Part shown: positions 59,397 to 64,000 of the stretch, piece after piece | How the letters are laid out: each line of letters opens with the position of its first letter | Numbering within the stretch: the stretch's first letter is position 1 | The notes under the pieces: generated by a model | Told to the model about the DNA's origin: nothing | What the model saw: the letters and a program-made list of their open reading frames with translations, nothing else | Databases searched by the model: none | Source: Eledone cirrhosa | Taxonomy: Eukaryota | DNA length: 64,000 bases | Reading direction: 5' to 3' | NCBI GenBank assembly: GCA_964016885.1 | Contig: OZ024743.1 | Location: 231,074,001 to 231,138,000 of the forward strand | Translations under genes and position numbers: made by a program

Positions 59397-62300
59397 ATGA
59401 CCTCACTCAGAATAGGCAGCATAAATGCACGTGGCTTGGGGTCGTCATGGAAGCAGGGTCACCTGCTCAACGAACTCAGGTCACTAAACATAGATGTAGT
59501 GGCCATCAGCGAGACCAGAATCTCCGAAGCACGGGCCTTCGCACCGATCTTCGGCGGCTACGATGTGTACGCATCTCCCAGCCGTCCTGGATCCGGTGGA
59601 GGAGTTGCTGTACTTTTTCGGAGAGGTTTGGATCTCGCCATACGGGCCATCTTCCTGGACCCAGAGGGTAAGCTGGTGGTGCTGGACGTGACCAGCGGAG
59701 ACGGGCAAGCTTTCAAGCTAGTGGCCGTCTATGCCCCGACAGGAGCAGGGCGGCCTGATTTCTTCCGGCGTCTGGAGACCTTTCTTGGAACGTCGCGCTC
59801 TTTAGTGTTAGTGGGCGACTGGAACGGGATCTTAGATGCACGCTGGGACTGTGTGGGATTAGCGGATAGGGGTGGAGGGTGCAAGAGCCTCACCAACCTG
59901 CTCAGGCGTTTTGAACTGTCTGACAGGTACCGATTGGATTTCCCGAATGTGCCAATGTGGACTTGGACAAACCGCATAGGGTCATCCAGATCATATCTAG
60001 ATAGAGTATTTTGTAGGGAAATAGATAGGTCTAGCATAGGCTGTCCACAATTCAAGATAGTCAGCTACACGGACCACAAATTCGTGATCTGTGTGCTTGA
60101 CTTAGATAGACTTCATAGACGAGGACCCGGCTACTGGAAGCTAAACGCGTCCTTACCAGCGCGCAAGGCCTACAGAGACCGGATTAGCGAACTAGTTAAG
60201 CGGGCGTTGACGGGGGCCATCGTCAACAACAAGTGGTGGTTTGCTCTGAAAAGAGCGATTAGAATAGAATCGATTAGATTTAGTAAGGCTTTAGCAATAG
60301 AGAAAAATAGAGCAGAGGGAGAACTAGTTAGAAAATTAGACGAGGCGCTTAGCAAAGGCATTGCGACCGACGTGCTTGCGGCGAAATTGGCCCTTGACCA
60401 ATTCTTCAATGCAAAGCACGAAGGCTGCGTTGTCAGAGCAAGGGTGCGTGCTCTCAGACACGAGGGGACGAAAGCCGTTCAATGGGCCCGAGTGGCGGAG
60501 GCGCGTCGTGGCAACAAAGCCACGATCCGGTCTTTGGTGGACCACGACGGGCGCATGCTACTCGATCCCGGGCAAATGTGTGAAGCTTTTCAGCGACACT
60601 TCGCTCAGCTGTTCGGGGGCAGCGGTGGGCCGGGTAGAGGAATGGACTTTAGTGTCTACCTCGACGGACTGCCGCGGCTCTCGGCCACTGAGGCGAAGTG
60701 TTGCGAAAAGCCGATAACAGCCGCTGAAGTAAGGGAGGCAATGACTGGCTGCACAAGGGGTAAATCGCCTGGTTTGGATGGTCTGCCCTATGAACTTTAC
60801 GTACAGATGCCAGACTTGTTCGGAGGCCTCTTGGCGGACGTCTACTGCAACTGGCAACAGAACGGGAGAATTCCCAGTTCTGTGAGCCGAGGAGCGGTGG
60901 CACTGCTGAGAAAGGATCCGAACAAGGGGGATAACATAGAAAATTTCCGGCCCATAACTCTGCTAAACACAGAGTTTAAGATTTTGGCCAAGGTGCTAGC
61001 AAAGAGGTTGGCGCTTGTCGTTGGTGGTCTGGTGGGAGAGGCGCAGACATGCGCCATTCCCGACAGATCCATCCACGACAACCTCCACCTCATGCGATAC
61101 ATCGTAGAGAGGGTAGCTAGGGAACCTGGCACGGGTGGGTCCTTGATCAATTTAGATCACTCGAAAGCTTTCGATAGGGTCGACCATCGTTACCTAGCGG
61201 CAGTCCTGAGGGCGGCTGGCTTTGGGCCCGTCTTCAGAGGCTGGATCGCTGCCATGCACAGCGACATCTGCTCTGTGGTGAGAGTGAACGGTCACCTGTC
61301 GGAACCGTTCAACATCATGCGCTCGGTCCGCCAAGGATGTCCCCTCTCGTCCCTCTTGTACGTATTGACTCTCGAGCCATTACTGCACAAACTGGAGACG
61401 TTGAGGGGGGTCCCGCGCGAACTAGGATGCGGAAGATCCGTGTCAGCATATGCGGACGATGTCACCGTAGTGGTGTCGAACGCCAAACACATCGAGGCGA
61501 TCGGCACTACACTAAGAGAATACGAAGCGGTGACAGGAGCAATGATCAACCAGGAAAAGTCAGTGGGCCTGCAGCTCGGCACCTGGAGAGGCAGGTCCAT
61601 GCCTTCCAACAGCGTCGTCGGACGCTGGACGGACGGACCGGTTAAATTGCTAGGGGTCTGGTTCGGTCCGGACCTCCAGACGGACAAAAACTGGGACGAG
61701 GTGACGAGCAGAATGGCTTCTCTCAACCAGAAATGGGCCGAGAGGAATCTATCCCTGAAAGGTCGAGCGGAGGTGGCTAACGCGTACATCGCGTCCGTCA
61801 TCTGCTACCGCCTGACCGTCGTACCTTGTCCTAAGCCTCGCCTGACTGTGCTGGAGAGTTTGCTCTTTCGCTTTTTGTGGAAGGGACGCGCTCCGATGGT
61901 CAGGCGGTCCATCTGTTGTCAACACCCGCTACTTGGAGGGCTGGGCATGCCGTGGCTGATGATGCGCAGGCACGCGCTCAGGCTACGACATCTCCACCTC
62001 TTCCTCGGCGGTGATCAGGTGTGGTCGCCGTTTGCTAGACGCGTGTTTCCCCAGCTCGTTTCCTTGACGGAGCTGCAGTCCTGGGTCAAGCGAAGACCGA
62101 GAGGGAGCGCCTGGAGACTGGAATGTCTTCAGGCGCTCACAGCCCTCGACCAATCGGGCAATGTGATCGGTGGAAACTCCACCTCGGCGTTCTATAGAGG
62201 ATTAGTGGAGGGGAAGAGCGACGACGTACTTGGGGAAACTCTAGGCGTCGACGAAAATCAACTAGCCAATCTCTTCGGAAGAACTTTCGGGCCAGGGCCT

Positions 62301-62816
62301 ATGGACAACTTCCAGAAATCTCTGGCCTGGCAGTGCTACCGAGGAGCCTTGCCAGTTCGGGATAAACTCTACAGGCATGGAGGTGCCGTCAGCCGGGCAT
62401 GTCCGAGATGCGCGCAGGGCGACGAAACCGTCCTGCACGCACTCGTCCAGTGTCCGAAAATTGCTGACTTGTGGGTTTATGTCGAACACCTGCTGTCGCG
62501 TTTAGGACGGATCCAGCTATCATCTGAGTCTATCGTGAGGATTGCCCCGCCCTCCTCCTTTAGCCGGGAAGGGCAGGCAGTTTTTATCTGTCTGGTGGCC
62601 ATGGCGAAAGAGATAGTATGGTGGACACGTTTGAAAGGGCTGAAGACGAGCACTTACCTCTTCGGTGATGCTCTGATTGACTTTTTCAAATTTCATTTGA
62701 AAAGGAAAATCAGAGTAGAGAAGGAAGTGCTCTCTTCCCAGCATTTTGTTGAAAGATGGGTGAGAGAAGCAAGAATGGCCCGAGTGAATGGGCCGACTCT
62801 GAGTATATATCTCTAA
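59397..62816 (+). CDS. LINE ORF2: APE endonuclease, reverse transcriptase and C-terminal zinc finger (1139 aa, open)
   Basis: SINARGL, ISET, VYAP, GDWN, SYLDRVF, TDH; KSPGLDGLP, FRPITLLNTEFKILAK, KAFDRVDH, VRQGCPLS, AYADDV; CPRC...ETVLHALVQC. Confidence 0.95.
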   Translation: MTSLRIGSINARGLGSSWKQGHLLNELRSLNIDVVAISETRISEARAFAPIFGGYDVYASPSRPGSGGGVAVLFRRGLDLAIRAIFLDPEGKLVVLDVTSGDGQAFKLVAVYAPTGAGRPDFFRRLETFLGTSRSLVLVGDWNGILDARWDCVGLADRGGGCKSLTNLLRRFELSDRYRLDFPNVPMWTWTNRIGSSRSYLDRVFCREIDRSSIGCPQFKIVSYTDHKFVICVLDLDRLHRRGPGYWKLNASLPARKAYRDRISELVKRALTGAIVNNKWWFALKRAIRIESIRFSKALAIEKNRAEGELVRKLDEALSKGIATDVLAAKLALDQFFNAKHEGCVVRARVRALRHEGTKAVQWARVAEARRGNKATIRSLVDHDGRMLLDPGQMCEAFQRHFAQLFGGSGGPGRGMDFSVYLDGLPRLSATEAKCCEKPITAAEVREAMTGCTRGKSPGLDGLPYELYVQMPDLFGGLLADVYCNWQQNGRIPSSVSRGAVALLRKDPNKGDNIENFRPITLLNTEFKILAKVLAKRLALVVGGLVGEAQTCAIPDRSIHDNLHLMRYIVERVAREPGTGGSLINLDHSKAFDRVDHRYLAAVLRAAGFGPVFRGWIAAMHSDICSVVRVNGHLSEPFNIMRSVRQGCPLSSLLYVLTLEPLLHKLETLRGVPRELGCGRSVSAYADDVTVVVSNAKHIEAIGTTLREYEAVTGAMINQEKSVGLQLGTWRGRSMPSNSVVGRWTDGPVKLLGVWFGPDLQTDKNWDEVTSRMASLNQKWAERNLSLKGRAEVANAYIASVICYRLTVVPCPKPRLTVLESLLFRFLWKGRAPMVRRSICCQHPLLGGLGMPWLMMRRHALRLRHLHLFLGGDQVWSPFARRVFPQLVSLTELQSWVKRRPRGSAWRLECLQALTALDQSGNVIGGNSTSAFYRGLVEGKSDDVLGETLGVDENQLANLFGRTFGPGPMDNFQKSLAWQCYRGALPVRDKLYRHGGAVSRACPRCAQGDETVLHALVQCPKIADLWVYVEHLLSRLGRIQLSSESIVRIAPPSSFSREGQAVFICLVAMAKEIVWWTRLKGLKTSTYLFGDALIDFFKFHLKRKIRVEKEVLSSQHFVERWVREARMARVNGPTLSIYL

Positions 62817-63077
62817 ACTAAAGGTGGAAAACTGGGAGAGGGCACTTGCCTTGGTGGTCAGGGTCATTGTGGCTTTTTACTGGGCTTTCTCCACAAATGT
62901 CCCTCCGAAGTCTCCCCCCTATTGGGGAATTTTTCATTGTTATTTTCATTGTTATTTTTGTTACATCCTCTGTTTTTGTTTTTTTTACACGCAGAAATGC
63001 CCATTTGTACCGTCCTGCATTGTCCTGCACTGTCCTTAATGTCTACTTTATGTAAACCCTTGTGGTTAATAAAGAAA

Positions 63078-63121
<44 letters not shown>

Positions 63122-63259
63122 ATTATTATTATTATCATTTTTGCAGTTGTTATTGATGTTTTTCTTCATTCACTCAACATTGAAAGCTTCCATGCCTTGA
63201 AGAGAAATTCATAAATAGAGAGACAGAATAAAGAAAATTGTGACAAACTGACACATACA

Positions 63260-63301
<42 letters not shown>

Positions 63302-63302
63302 G

Positions 63303-63347
<45 letters not shown>

Positions 63348-63355
63348 GAGCGAGA

Positions 63356-63445
<90 letters not shown>

Positions 63446-64000
63446 TTGAGTCTGTGAGTGAGGTGGAGAAATACGAGGAGCGGGAGAGGATGAGAGATAG
63501 AGAAAGAGATACTAAAAGGAAAGCGAAATCAGAAAGAAGCAGATCGTGACACACAAACACTCGCAGACATGAGGTGAGAGGGTCTGGAAGAAGGAGAGAA
63601 AGACAAGGACAGAGTGCGAGAGGGGGAGCGATAGACGGGGTGGGAGAGCTATAGAGGAAGGGAGAGAGAGAAAGGGAGAGCTATAGAGGGAGGGAGAGAA
63701 AAAGCGATAGAGGGAGGGAGAGAGAGAGAGAGAGAGCGATAGAAGGGGTGAGATAGACAGCGATAGAGAAAGGGAGAGAGAGAGAGAATGCATGTGGGAG
63801 AAAGTTAGGGTAAGTGGTTGTTAGTGTCTGATGGAAATCTAATTAATTGTTGACACGTAACGGCCAATCCACTGTCGGATTTGAGAGTCCATCTTATATA
63901 CTGAAATAGTTTTTACTCTAAATGCGATTACTTTAGGCTGACTCTAAGTAGCTGGCTGGTCGTGTTCAGATCATACATGGATCTGGCTGTACAAAGGGAT

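Larger units (their letters stand above)
57067..63135 (+). mobile_element. Apparently full-length Tx1/L1-clade non-LTR retrotransposon
   Basis: 5' UTR, frameshifted ORF1 with a zinc knuckle, intact ORF2, 3' UTR and (ATT)n tail; (ATT)n also lies directly upstream. Confidence 0.92.

Noticed and set aside
58422-61801. Antisense ORFs overlapping the Tx1 element
   Set aside because: Shadow frames of GC-rich coding sequence

Overview
AT-rich, microsatellite-dense animal intergenic or intronic DNA with no convincing host gene. The (TA)n, (CA)n, (GA)n and trinucleotide runs and the SINE and LINE content suggest a cephalopod such as Octopus (inference). Most ORFs in the supplied track are translations of simple repeats. 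The real coding content is all transposon-derived: several Penelope-like elements (RT plus GIY-YIG), a near-intact Tx1/L1-clade LINE with an open 1139-aa ORF2, R4/Dong LINEs (RT plus restriction-like endonuclease), CR1 and RTE fragments, a decayed Helitron with non-autonomous derivatives, two DNA-transposon relics and two tRNA-SINE families. The most notable signal is non-coding. At least six unrelated families of short elements sit in (TA)n tracts, usually fold back as inverted repeats, and carry minimal type I hammerhead ribozyme motifs. These include U3-A8 and U10.1/U11.1 core variants, with compensatory helix changes between copies. One of them (16485-18116) is a near-perfect tandem array of a 474-bp non-coding unit with one hammerhead per unit plus a terminal inverted copy, a candidate retrozyme or circular-RNA-producing element. 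All calls were made by eye; coordinates of decayed elements are approximate and no searches were run.
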